IMG/VR virus record: IMGVR_UViG_3300021256_000002
Span: 1 to 64,000 of that record
Source: a virus
Taxonomy: Duplodnaviria > Caudoviricetes
Length of the DNA: 64,000 nucleotides
Strand: one strand, 5' to 3'
A model generated the notes under the pieces. The model worked only from the letters and a program-made list of their open reading frames with translations, was not told where the DNA came from and made no database searches. A program made the translations under genes and the position numbers. Positions 30,935-41,788 of this stretch are shown one piece after another (position 1 is the stretch's first letter; every line of letters starts with the position of its first letter).

Positions 30935-31612
30935 TCAACTTAACTCTTCGGGTATATTCTCATACCCTTCATTCACTACGTAGATGTATTTCTTACGTAG
31001 GATAGATTTGAATTCTTCGGGATTGTCGTTGTACTGTTTAGTTAGAGCCATTTTACTTCTAATGAACTCAACTATCTTTGGTAATTCCTCTAATGAATTG
31101 GAGTATTCATCAATGAATTTATACCATCTCTCATCAATCATCTGAAGAGGGATGATTACTTTTCCCTTATGGACAGCTTGATGTACCGTAAGGGATAACG
31201 GGACTAATCCAACTAGCCCGCGATAATGTAGCTCCATGACTTCTTCCGCTATACCAAACATATCAGGAACTTGATCTCTCATCAACCAATCATTCAAAAC
31301 GATCGCGATAAGTGAGTATAGCGTGAACGGTTCATGGTGAATTTCTACTCTGAATTTTGCTCTTGGATATCTATCTCTCGAGAAGTTGGGAAAGAAAGAG
31401 CAATGTTTCATGCCTTTCACGGATTTGAGCATATCTGTGAGTTGACTGTATTCAAGAGATTTTCTCACAATCTTTTCACAGGCATTTATCCATCTATCTT
31501 TATCCTTACTATTTGAGAAATTATACCAATGGCCTGGATAGTCCATTGGCCCCAATTCTACAACTTCAAACGGAGAGGTAGTATCGTAGCTTTTCACTTT
31601 CGGAACACGCAC
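30935..31612 (-). CDS. HNH-like conserved jumbo-phage protein
   Basis: VEIHHEP...GLVPLSLTVHQAVH. Confidence 0.55.
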   Translation of the reverse strand: MRVPKVKSYDTTSPFEVVELGPMDYPGHWYNFSNSKDKDRWINACEKIVRKSLEYSQLTDMLKSVKGMKHCSFFPNFSRDRYPRAKFRVEIHHEPFTLYSLIAIVLNDWLMRDQVPDMFGIAEEVMELHYRGLVGLVPLSLTVHQAVHKGKVIIPLQMIDERWYKFIDEYSNSLEELPKIVEFIRSKMALTKQYNDNPEEFKSILRKKYIYVVNEGYENIPEELS

Positions 31613-31672
31613 GATTTAACACCCCCTAAGGACTTTTCTATTACCAGATTGTCCCTAGGGGGTGTTTGTTTA

Positions 31673-31891
31673 TCACTTATCGGCTTTTTCAAGTATCTCT
31701 ATACGCTTTTCAAGGATATCGATTTCTTCAGACATGCATTCGACAATACTAACGATTATATCGAAATCCTGCCGACTCTGATACATACCATTACCGATAT
31801 ACTCGCTGCCAAGTGCCTTAAGCTGTGTTGACAGCTCACTTACTTGCTTCTTTAAATCCTTAAGCTTATCAACGTCTTTTTCTTTGCTCAT
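31673..31891 (-). CDS. Small coiled-coil protein
   Basis: 72 aa ORF in operon. Confidence 0.6.
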   Translation of the reverse strand: MSKEKDVDKLKDLKKQVSELSTQLKALGSEYIGNGMYQSRQDFDIIVSIVECMSEEIDILEKRIEILEKADK

Positions 31892-31893
31892 TG

Positions 31894-32403
31894 TTACTTC
31901 CGCCTTTCAGCAATATTCTTCTTATTCATATACGGATTCTCCAACGGAGAACCTTTTGTATTCAAAGAAGTGCATAAAGTCTCGATAATCTGACGATTCA
32001 GGTATAATCTTCCTTTACCCTGTTTGAATTGGTAAATATCCTGAATATGCATTCCTTCTCTGAGAAGAACTGCAACAACATCATCCATCGAGTATTCAAG
32101 CATACGATTACGTACGCCTTGGCTGAATTTACCTTGTTCCTCACGACTTCCTTCGACATACATACTCTTGAACGTACGCATGCCAAGAATCGAAGTGAAA
32201 GGAATCATGAAGGTTATATACTTCTTACGATTATATACATCAGCCTTCTCATCAATCCGTGTGATTAGCAATTGTAAATCATATAACGGGTCGTCACAAC
32301 CTTCATCAAGGTCGTACGTTACGTTATAGCCCCAATGCTTTATCAGTTTGATGTACTTTGGTTTGAGTTCCAACCTTTCATCACGTGGTAACTGATCTAC
32401 CAT
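31894..32403 (-). CDS. Hypothetical protein
   Basis: Translationally coupled operon member. Confidence 0.7.
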   Translation of the reverse strand: MVDQLPRDERLELKPKYIKLIKHWGYNVTYDLDEGCDDPLYDLQLLITRIDEKADVYNRKKYITFMIPFTSILGMRTFKSMYVEGSREEQGKFSQGVRNRMLEYSMDDVVAVLLREGMHIQDIYQFKQGKGRLYLNRQIIETLCTSLNTKGSPLENPYMNKKNIAERRK

Positions 32404-32906
32404 TAGTTATCATCCTTCCGTTCACCGTAATATTCTTTAAGTAATTTCTTATACTTAAATTGATTAGCCATACCATCATAAGAATCAATGGCTTCAATCT
32501 TCTTTAAGTATTTATTTAAAGACTTTTTAAGTTTTATTGCGTCTGGGTCTTTGAGATAACTCAGATCATCCAATACAACTTTAATGCCAGCCTTCAAATC
32601 GAAAATTATATCTGAAGCAGCATCGTATACTGCTTCAGTAAATTCATCTGGCGCTGCGTATTCACCTTGATCAAATATCTCAAGAAATTCTATCGAATCA
32701 CCACGCTCACCATTCAGTAATGATTCTTTGAACTTCTTGAATACACTATCCGTCATCTTATGCACTCGCTTCATATCAGTTTCAGTTATCTTGATGTATT
32801 TCCTCAAGGTAAGTGCTGAAGGAGTCCATAAGAATTCTCGATAATCATCTGGATGAAGATTATCCTCTTTAGGATAAATAATGAATACCACATCTTCGAC
32901 AGCCAT
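32403..32906 (-). CDS. Hypothetical protein
   Basis: Translationally coupled operon member. Confidence 0.7.
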   Translation of the reverse strand: MAVEDVVFIIYPKEDNLHPDDYREFLWTPSALTLRKYIKITETDMKRVHKMTDSVFKKFKESLLNGERGDSIEFLEIFDQGEYAAPDEFTEAVYDAASDIIFDLKAGIKVVLDDLSYLKDPDAIKLKKSLNKYLKKIEAIDSYDGMANQFKYKKLLKEYYGERKDDN

Positions 32907-32912
32907 ATCCCA

Positions 32913-33413
32913 TCACCCTTCCATACAATCAATAAACTTCTGCATATTATCCATGTAATCAACCATATACCCTCTTCTATCTATAATGGTTTCTAACATG
33001 GTTTTAGCAAACTTCTTATTGTTACCAAGATTATTCTTTTTCTTCTTTAGCATCTTAATTGTTTTCTTGATGTCTTTTTCCTCTTTGGAACTTAGATATT
33101 TCTCATACATGATCAGACCTGATTCTAATGTGTAAATAGACCTTTCGATTTCGCTCTCATATTCCAGCTGATTATTTGTGATAAAGTTATATTCATATTC
33201 GGTTACAGGATAACCAAAATAATATATCAGATTTTTATCAGAAAACGGAGGAAGCTCCTTAAGTTTACACTTATCAATCCGGAGCTTCTTCTTATCCAAT
33301 TTTCTTTGAACTATGAAAAGCTCTACTAGCCACAGATCATCTGAAATGGCTAGTAGAGCGTTATAATTATTTTTGTCAGTTTTATATAAGGCAAAATACT
33401 TCGACATAAGCAC
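32913..33413 (-). CDS. Hypothetical protein
   Basis: 166 aa ORF. Confidence 0.7.
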   Translation of the reverse strand: MLMSKYFALYKTDKNNYNALLAISDDLWLVELFIVQRKLDKKKLRIDKCKLKELPPFSDKNLIYYFGYPVTEYEYNFITNNQLEYESEIERSIYTLESGLIMYEKYLSSKEEKDIKKTIKMLKKKKNNLGNNKKFAKTMLETIIDRRGYMVDYMDNMQKFIDCMEG

Positions 33414-33828
33414 ACTTCCCTTCTCTTTAAGGCGTTATGCTGGGTAACCGAGAAACCAAAATCGAGTCCATGCCGGAGTCACATAAACAAGTGGCTACAT
33501 GTCTGATCACGGAGTGAAGAATTACATATCGCCTAGCCGCAGTGAGTGATTTTTTGTCCGCGACCCATCGAGAACCAGCTCTAGTCAATTAAAGTTAATC
33601 GACGATAAGAACCCTTCGTTGATGTTGTCGATGAATACTCTCGCGTAAACTGCCAGATAGACCGGCCCTTGCTCAATGTTCACAGCGATTTCAAATACCG
33701 ACTCACAACCATCCTTCCATGTTATTGCAAATATGAAATTTACTTCAATAATTATTTGTTTCATCACGAAGTAATAATATATATTCGAAAATGAAGATGA
33801 AGAATTGAAATCTTCATCTTCATATTTG

Positions 33829-34605
33829 TTACTCTTTGATTAAACTTTTAAGGTGCTCTACGCTAGTGTGCTTATTATACTCTTCCTCATCAGCAAGTAT
33901 GTGCTGAGTCTGTTGTAACCGTTTCATATAGAAATCAGATGTACGTACATACGGGGTGAGAACTTTATAAGTACCAGACTTACCAAAGAGAGTTTTTGCT
34001 TTCAACCAAGATTTGCGAATAGCAAGTACCAAGTTCTGTGGAGTAGGATTCGTAACCGTCTCGCAGTAATCTTTAGACCAGTTATCACAGAATGTATCTG
34101 GATTCAGCAAGCTTACCAACCAGATATCTCTGATGAAAGATGATGTACGAATATCATTCTTTCCAGCCATGGTAGTTGTACCCGGAGCCATTCCGCACGT
34201 ATGGATATCAATCAAGAACCGATATACCATTTCTTTATCAATTGGCATACGACTCAATTCATGATCAAACATATCCTGAGCAACCCCAACACTTGCACCT
34301 GGAATACCAAGTACACGAGAAAGAATCTTCGGTTCTTCAAGATATCGTATATTCAAAAGAGCCAAGGCGAGTATCATTTCTTTTAAGAATACTAACCTTG
34401 CAGTATATCCAACATCGTATAGTACAGTTGCACAATTCCAGATAGCCTCAAGATATGATTTATCATTTGCTATATGGACTGGACACTCTTTATATTTCTC
34501 AAGGAGAGTATCTAATAAGAAATTTCCGATATGAGTACCTTTACCAATATTAAATTTAGATAAAGCCTCATCTACTTCTTCAACTTTCTTAAATTCGCAA
34601 TACAT
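33829..34605 (-). CDS. Hypothetical protein
   Basis: 258 aa, RBS AAGGAG. Confidence 0.7.
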   Translation of the reverse strand: MYCEFKKVEEVDEALSKFNIGKGTHIGNFLLDTLLEKYKECPVHIANDKSYLEAIWNCATVLYDVGYTARLVFLKEMILALALLNIRYLEEPKILSRVLGIPGASVGVAQDMFDHELSRMPIDKEMVYRFLIDIHTCGMAPGTTTMAGKNDIRTSSFIRDIWLVSLLNPDTFCDNWSKDYCETVTNPTPQNLVLAIRKSWLKAKTLFGKSGTYKVLTPYVRTSDFYMKRLQQTQHILADEEEYNKHTSVEHLKSLIKE

Positions 34606-34706
34606 AATTACCGATCTCCTTTATACTAAGATACTGTATTGTAGTATAGTAATATAGGATTTGACAAATTCGTAATCTCATAAGACTTTCTAAGGAGGTT
34701 TCGTAA

Positions 34707-37604
34707 ATGGAAATTAGTAAAGCGAAGGATTTCGTGTACTATCCATCGAGTGTGTTGATGCCACACGACCAGAAGAGCAAAGATAAAAATAGCTTGATGG
34801 TTTTGCTCATTAAAGACACGATGCAATGTATAGATATCCTCGATAACAAAAAGGTTATGAGGCGTAACTTATACCTCCGTTATAATAAACCTAACACGAT
34901 TAATATCAATCTTTTCAAGAAGAATATCAAGAAACGTATGAGTCCGAGTGATATCAAAGACTTGAAATCTTTCTTGAGAACCATGAATATGGTATACGTT
35001 GATAATATTGGTAAGATTGATAAGAAGAATCTGGTATTTGATACCTCATGGTATAACGAGTTATTCTTTGAGAGATGCCAAGGTAAGAATGTTGATATCA
35101 TCGCGAAGATGTATTTCAGTATGCTCAGAGATTACCTTGACAAATTCATCACGGTAGATTATTCTACTCGGTATATTGTGATTGATACTGCTCATTGGGG
35201 TGTATCGAAAGCCAATATCTCTACTCAGCTCGCAAGTGTACTCAAGGTACTGAATCCGGTATCGTTGATGTACTATTTGATGAGAAAGAAAGTAGATGAT
35301 TTGAAGATTCTCCACGGATACAAGTTCCTTATCGAAGATAGTAACTTTGGTTGGTTTGTATTCGACGTTGATTCTTTGAACGATGAATCCTATCTCAAAT
35401 ACGCAGCGGTTCTTCAGAAATTGAAATCTGAAACTGAAATCATCGACCCTGTATCAGCAGCACATGCTGAAGATATGGTGAATGAAACTGAACCTGATGA
35501 CAGTGATGATACCTCGGATGAAGAAGATTCTGAAGTATACGCCAAGGGTGGAATTGATGATACAAGTGAAGATGACAAACTTCTCATGGCGTATCAAGAG
35601 ATTGAAGATGAAGACCAAGCCGCTCGTCGGTCTATCAAATCAACCAAGCGAGATGCTGAACTTCGTGAAGCCCAGAAGAAAATCAAAATCCGAAACGTTA
35701 CAATGGGCGAATTGGATTATGATACGATGAACTCAAAAGAAAGCTTCATCGAAGAGGTTGATTTGAGCTCAAAGATTATTTCTCCTCATAAAAACATGAA
35801 GAGAAGTAAGTTCGATAACTTCAATGAGAGTTATACAAAAAAGCAAATGACCAAAGATATCGTAAGTATCTTTGATTGTATGAAAGACCGTAGTAATCCA
35901 GTATATGTACGGAAGATTGATGTGAAAGATTCAAGTACTCCTTCTGACTTGAAAGAGACTTGGAACTTCCAGCTTGAAGGCGCTGACCGAGTACGCCATA
36001 GCGTAACCATTGATATTCCTAAGATATACGATAAGAATTATCTCTATCTTGGTGGTAACCGAAAACAATGCGTGAATCAGTTATTCTCTGTACCAGTCAT
36101 CAAGATTGAACCTACAGTCGTTCAGATTTGTACGAATTACAACAAGGTATTCATGTATCGTTATGGTGATATTCTTTCTCCTAAGGTAACGGTATTCAAG
36201 AAAATTATCTTGAATAATCCTAAATTATTCACGGTGAAACGTGGTAACGGTATGGCGTTATCTGATGGTGCAAGAACTTCTATCGAGTACGATTCTTTGG
36301 CAAAAGACTTCGTAGATATCCATATCAATGGTACAGGTGTTCATCTGAGATTCGACCAAAAGTTCTTCAAGAAATTGGCAGCTGATGGTCAAATCAACCC
36401 AATTGATGAATCTGGTAAGTACATCTATTTCTTCTATGATAGCAAAGCTACAACCAAAGCAACTCGAGCAGTTGCGGTGAATACTGATAGCTCTGCTGGT
36501 GAAGAAAGCGATGAAGCAAATGGTATCATCAATCTCTTTGCTGCTGTATACCAGAAACAAAAAGGAACTGATTTCTGGGCTTTAGCTGGAGATAAGGATA
36601 AACCTGGTAAGAGATTCATGTACACTCGTTGTAAGATAATGGAGAAATTTATCCCAACTGGTTTACTTCTTGCTTACTGGGAAGGTTTATCTACCGTATT
36701 GAGAAAAGCTCATATCAAATACGAATTCACTGACAAACGTACTCAGATTGGATACGACAAAGGTCGGATTGAATTCGCTGATGGGTTCTTAGTATTTGAG
36801 CGTGAACCTGCTGAGCATTCTCTCTTGATGAACGGTTTCAGCTTGGTAGATACCAAGAATTACAACTTCTCAGATTTCGATAGCAAAGATGTATATTTGA
36901 ACATCTTTGATTCTCTTTACAACTCTCGTATTCTTGGTGTCAGTCTGGATGCATATTATGACAATTTGATTGACCCTAAGACTTATGCATATTTGAAAAC
37001 TCATAATTATCCAACGGATATTGTTTCTCTTATGATATTCGCAAATGCTTTACTTGCTGATAATAACTACGTATCTGAATTAGATATGAGTAATTATCGC
37101 TTGAGAAATCTTGAAATTATCTATGCATATATGTACAAGATTATCGCTAGAGCATATGGTGAATACAAGAGAACTTCGATGAATGCTCATCCAACCAAGA
37201 TATCCGTTCCGAAGAATGAGCTTATCAAAACTCTTCTTACATCAAACATCGTAGAAGATTATTCAATCATCAATCCGATTACGGAAAAGGAAAAACTCCA
37301 TGGTGCAACTCACAAAGGGCCGTCTGGAATGAACCTCGAACGTTCGTATACAGAAGAAAAGAGATGCTTTGACCCGTCTATGACTGGTCTAATTGGTATG
37401 TCAACTTCTCCTGATGCGAACTGTGGTGTTCAGCGTGAATTGACTATGGAACCGAAAGTACTTGACACATATGGGACAATTGATGTTCAAAAGCCTATTA
37501 AAGAGATGAAAGATGTAAATCTCTTTACATATGCAGAATCATTAACTACCAATGCAGTAGTCCGGGATGATTCAATAAGAACGTCAATGAGTGTTAAACA
37601 GAGT
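34707..37604 (+). CDS. RNA polymerase beta-like subunit, exon 1
   Basis: LYLGGNRK, HKGPSG, STSPDANCGVQRELT, RDDSIRTSMSVKQS (RpoB region equivalents). Confidence 0.85.
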
Positions 37605-37895
37605 AATGCGTTGCTCGTTTATAAGAGTAATCTTATATTCGTCATTGCCTTAATTGCTGGAAACTCTCAAAAGAGACTATCAGCAGCGAAGCTCTCTATA
37701 TAAGAGAACGTTCAACGACTATCCAAACGACGCCGTGAAATTCGGCTACAGGAGTAGGGCCCGAGTGGGTGGGTGAGAACCCCTTAAATCGAAATGGGCA
37801 CTTCCCTCTGGGAAGAAAGATATAGTCTCATCTGCATGGTGACATGCAGCAGCGTAATAGCGGCATAGAAATAACGACTCTATGTGAAGATAATG
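37605..37895 (+). mobile_element. Group I intron, ORF-less (291 nt)
   Basis: Core AATTGCTGGAAACTC, ATCAGCAG, GTTCAACGACTA, AAGATATAGTCT; exon GAGU pairs GCUC with U.G; terminal G; splicing gives KQS-KHLIP. Confidence 0.88.
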
Positions 37896-39059
37896 AAACA
37901 CCTCATTCCAACAAAAGATATGTGTCCAGTACTGGTATCCACCGGTGCTGATAAACTTTTGCCATATACGGCATCGAAAGACTTTGTTATTACCGCAAAA
38001 GATGATGGCAAAGTAGTTGATTACGATGAAAAGAATCATATGATGATTCTTGAGTATAAAGATAAATCCCATGAAGCGGTTAATCTCAATCCAGTTATCG
38101 TGAAAAATGGTGGCGGTGGATTCTATCTTTCAAATACTCTTGTTACCAAATACAAGAAGGGTAATACGTTCAAGAAGAATGATATCATCGCTTCCAATCG
38201 TGAATTCTTCAATACGAGTTGGGATGGTACAAGATTCTCTATCGGTACATTGGCAAAATGGGCTTGTATGAGCGGTTTCTGTACGTATGAAGATGCGAAG
38301 ATGGTCACTTCTAGCTTAGCTGAGCGGATGTCCTCTGACTTCGTTATGAAAAAACATATTATTCTTGGTAAGAATGCAACGGTTGCATTCATTGCAAAGA
38401 AAGGTCAGAAAGTTCGTTCAGGTGAAGTTCTTTTGAAGTATGAACAGTCTAATGTCGATAAAGAAATGAATGAACTTCTCAGAAATATCGGTGAGGATTT
38501 GAAAGAAGATATCAAAGAACTTGGTAAGACTACTCTCAAGAGTAAGTATGATGGAGTTGTAGAAGATATCAAGATATACTCAACCTTTGATTTGAGTGAC
38601 CTTTCTCCGTCTCTGAAGAAAATTGTAGGTGATTACTGGAAAGACGTTCGTTCAAAGAAAAACCTTGTGCGTAAGTACAAGATAGATGATCCTACGTATA
38701 GTGGTAGTACGTTCATGGAAAGTGATGAGCGTATGAGCCTTGATGAGAATGACAAAATCAAAGGATATAAAATTCCTGGTGGTGGAGTCATTATCGAATT
38801 TTATATTAAATATACTGACGTGGTCGGTGTAGGCGATAAGCTTTGTGACTTCGCTGCATTGAAGGGTGTTACGTGTACAGTTATTCCCAAAGGGAAAGAA
38901 CCTTATGCACTTGGTACTCCAGACGAGGAAATCTCTACCATTACGCCTGCAGCGTCAGTAATGGCAAGAATGGTTTCAAGCATCATTCCGACAGCATGGG
39001 CCAATCTGTGTATAGTTGAGATGAAAAAAACTTTGAAAAAGATGTACGAAGAAGGTTGA
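37896..39059 (+). CDS. RNA polymerase beta-like subunit, exon 2 (spliced product about 1353 aa)
   Basis: TYEDA, GVGDKLCDFAALKG, ARMVSS motifs of RpoB. Confidence 0.85.
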   Translation, partial: KHLIPTKDMCPVLVSTGADKLLPYTASKDFVITAKDDGKVVDYDEKNHMMILEYKDKSHEAVNLNPVIVKNGGGGFYLSNTLVTKYKKGNTFKKNDIIASNREFFNTSWDGTRFSIGTLAKWACMSGFCTYEDAKMVTSSLAERMSSDFVMKKHIILGKNATVAFIAKKGQKVRSGEVLLKYEQSNVDKEMNELLRNIGEDLKEDIKELGKTTLKSKYDGVVEDIKIYSTFDLSDLSPSLKKIVGDYWKDVRSKKNLVRKYKIDDPTYSGSTFMESDERMSLDENDKIKGYKIPGGGVIIEFYIKYTDVVGVGDKLCDFAALKGVTCTVIPKGKEPYALGTPDEEISTITPAASVMARMVSSIIPTAWANLCIVEMKKTLKKMYEEG

Positions 39060-39155
39060 TTTATATTGGTATATAGGGAGATAAATCCCTATATACCAAC
39101 TTACATTTCAAATATATATTATTGAATCGTAATAAGAAAGGAAGTGAAATAATAA

Positions 39156-39530
39156 ATGAATGCTAGTGATAGGAAAGTACATATGTATCTACAACGTAGG
39201 TACGAAGAAAGGAGCAAGCTATTAAATATATATGAGCATGTGATGCGTAAGATTAATATCGGCGCATATATAAAAGCTAAAGATTCCATCATAGTGGATA
39301 ACTTGATACTCCAGTATAAGTCATTAGGCAATGGGTATGATGGAACTACGTATCTGGAAGCAGATAAGATTCAGATATTCTATGAGTTGAAAAAACTGTT
39401 TGATGAAGCATTCTATGATGAGGAATATACGACGATTATCCACATGAATAAGTTCATCAAAGGGTGCTTCATTATTACAGTTGAATTCAAAATAAATGAT
39501 GATGAAAAGAAGGATGATGCATTAGTATGA
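39156..39530 (+). CDS. Hypothetical early protein
   Basis: 124 aa, downstream of TATATTAT. Confidence 0.65.
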   Translation: MNASDRKVHMYLQRRYEERSKLLNIYEHVMRKINIGAYIKAKDSIIVDNLILQYKSLGNGYDGTTYLEADKIQIFYELKKLFDEAFYDEEYTTIIHMNKFIKGCFIITVEFKINDDEKKDDALV

Positions 39531-40090
39531 GAAAATTACATGTGTTGATGGATATTACTGAAGTAAGAAAGATATCCAACGAGAACTCAATCAAAAGTAT
39601 TATGGAAGCCGTGTATAAGGTAATTGATAAGGTTGCTAAATCAGGCGAGTTTAAGAAATCTATTACTATACCGGCATATATCTATGATCCGGAAAATGGA
39701 ATCGCTTCAACAACGGAAGATATCAATCTCAAGATAGTTGAAACCCTTAAAGAAGAAGGATTCGTTGTGGAAGACTATCAGCATCCAGTATGTCCATCCC
39801 CATTAATAGTTACTATATCATGGGAGCACCCAACGAAAGGTAGAGCTTTAGACGCTTACAACATGTCGATGGAATCAAACAGTCGTTCTATTGGTGAATT
39901 TATTGATGCAATCAATGAGGCAATGGTCGGGGCTGCCAACAATGGTGGATTCAGCGTCGTGATGAACATGAGCGAACTCAACGTGTATCAGCGTGGGGCA
40001 ATTCTTGATAAACTGGTGCAAGCTGGGTATATCTACGATTATCCTGGCACAGTATCTAAGAAAGAAATGCTTGTTCGTATCCGCTGGTAA
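39527..40090 (+). CDS. Hypothetical protein, duplicated domain (paralogue of 15447-15950)
   Basis: LKEEGFVV...VTISWEHPT; LVQAGY...VRIRW. Confidence 0.75.
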   Translation: MRKLHVLMDITEVRKISNENSIKSIMEAVYKVIDKVAKSGEFKKSITIPAYIYDPENGIASTTEDINLKIVETLKEEGFVVEDYQHPVCPSPLIVTISWEHPTKGRALDAYNMSMESNSRSIGEFIDAINEAMVGAANNGGFSVVMNMSELNVYQRGAILDKLVQAGYIYDYPGTVSKKEMLVRIRW

Positions 40091-40142
40091 TTGAATGGTA
40101 GAAAACCAAGGAAGATTTGTATCGTCTTCCTTGGTTTTCTTT

Positions 40143-40397
40143 TTATAAAATATATAGTATAATGCCTAACGCATCAGCGTAGAGATCATCTATGCTAAAT
40201 TCATCATCGATGAATTCTTTAAATACTCCAATACCTAAGATAATTATTATTGCGAGCATTATATTTATATCAAGTCGTCTGATGAGTAAATCCATCAGGA
40301 AAAAGCATACACCAAAATGAGCAACTTTATCTACACCAATACGAGCAATCAATTGATTTTTGATTTCTTTTATTTTATCCATTTTCATCAACCTCAT
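40143..40397 (-). CDS. Small membrane protein, VanZ/YfiM-like
   Basis: DKVAHF...GVFKEFID...DLYADALG. Confidence 0.65.
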   Translation of the reverse strand: MRLMKMDKIKEIKNQLIARIGVDKVAHFGVCFFLMDLLIRRLDINIMLAIIIILGIGVFKEFIDDEFSIDDLYADALGIILYIL

Positions 40398-40481
40398 AAA
40401 ATATACCCCCTGAATGATTATACATTCAGGGGGTATATAGTGTTACGACATAAGTATCGAAATAGGCCTGCAAATTAAAAG

Positions 40482-41081
40482 TTAGTCAATAACCGATGCT
40501 GTTTTGTCAACAATATCGTCAGCCGGCAAATCGAACGGATAGATCGGCTCGATGGATACGACGGAGTTGACGCCCTGATACGTGTTGACACAAACCAGTA
40601 CCGGTTTGGGTACAGCGTCCGGATACGTGATAGTTGCTTCACAAATCACGTAGTAGTTCAGGCCTTTCGCAACCTGTTCACCTACATAAAGCAGCGGCAC
40701 GTAATTCACGCCCTTGAGTGAGCCGATAGCTTCATCAAAGACATCCTGTACTCCACTCGGAAGTTCAGTGCTTTCCTTCACTGCAACAACCGTTGCCTTT
40801 TCACCAGTAACGTCACCAGCCGGAATGTTGATAACGAGAGAAACGATACGAGTGTCTTTCTTGGCCGTCGCACGGACTGCTTTGGCAATGAACATGTGGT
40901 TCATGCCATTGACAACCTGCTGACCGACCAGTCGGATGGGCAGATATGATTCTCCAAGCAAGTCATCATTTGCTACAACCACTGCAGTAGCAAGACGCTC
41001 CGGAAGCTTATTCACGGGAACATTGCAAAGTGTCCAACCACCGAGATCGCCATTGTCGAGTTCAATTCCACCAAGTCTCAT
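40482..41081 (-). CDS. Two-domain protein with cystatin-like QxVxG motifs
   Basis: LGGW; YLPIRLVGQQVVNGMNH and YVPLLYVGEQVAKGLNY. Confidence 0.6.
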   Translation of the reverse strand: MRLGGIELDNGDLGGWTLCNVPVNKLPERLATAVVVANDDLLGESYLPIRLVGQQVVNGMNHMFIAKAVRATAKKDTRIVSLVINIPAGDVTGEKATVVAVKESTELPSGVQDVFDEAIGSLKGVNYVPLLYVGEQVAKGLNYYVICEATITYPDAVPKPVLVCVNTYQGVNSVVSIEPIYPFDLPADDIVDKTASVID

Positions 41082-41192
41082 AATAGATCCTCCTTTATAA
41101 ATTAAGGTTTATCGATATTAATTTGTTAAACAGATTTTTTATTTTAAATTGAAAATCCTAGTAGACTTGTTTAGTAAAAGGAGTGATACCTG

Positions 41193-41525
41193 ATGTCAGA
41201 ACTTGAATTTTTTATTGTAGGATTATTTGGTGGTGCATGTCTAGTCGGACTGATTAATGCACGAAGAGAAATACGTAAATGCGATAAACGATTGGATTTG
41301 TGGACTACTCTGGAAAAACGTTTCGACTCATGTGAATGCTCAGTATGTAATGAGCAAGTCGACCCATGTACATGTGCTGAAGTTGTACGGGTTAGTAACA
41401 AACCATATCTAAAAGTAATCTGTGCTAGATGCGGCAAGAATCATCAATTTTTCCCTATAGTACCTGATGGGTTAAAATCTGAAGATGCGGCCAAATATAT
41501 CGACTACAAAGTAGTAGAAAAATGA
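41193..41525 (+). CDS. Membrane-anchored Zn-binding protein
   Basis: N-terminal TM helix; CSVC...CARC. Confidence 0.7.
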   Translation: MSELEFFIVGLFGGACLVGLINARREIRKCDKRLDLWTTLEKRFDSCECSVCNEQVDPCTCAEVVRVSNKPYLKVICARCGKNHQFFPIVPDGLKSEDAAKYIDYKVVEK

Positions 41526-41788
41526 TAGTAGAATCGTTGAAGGACCTGCAAGCCTTCAACGATTCCTTTGTTCACACTCATAATCACGGCCGAGCTAAAT
41601 TGATTAGAGTACTAGCTAAAAGAGATCTCGCTCAATCAATCCGGGCTATACGAGTTCTTACGTGAACGATAAACGTGTAGTTTTGGAATATCACAAAAGC
41701 TTCCGACTTTTAATATTCCTACATAATTGTTACTCTACCATTAGAATATTAATTATATGCGACTCGACAAATCATATATAGAAAGGGG

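Noticed and set aside
37605-37703. RNAP beta break as frameshift, pseudogene or stop-codon recoding
   Set aside because: Explained by a group I intron; other genes end normally at TAA/TAG/TGA and tRNA-Tyr has a normal GTA anticodon
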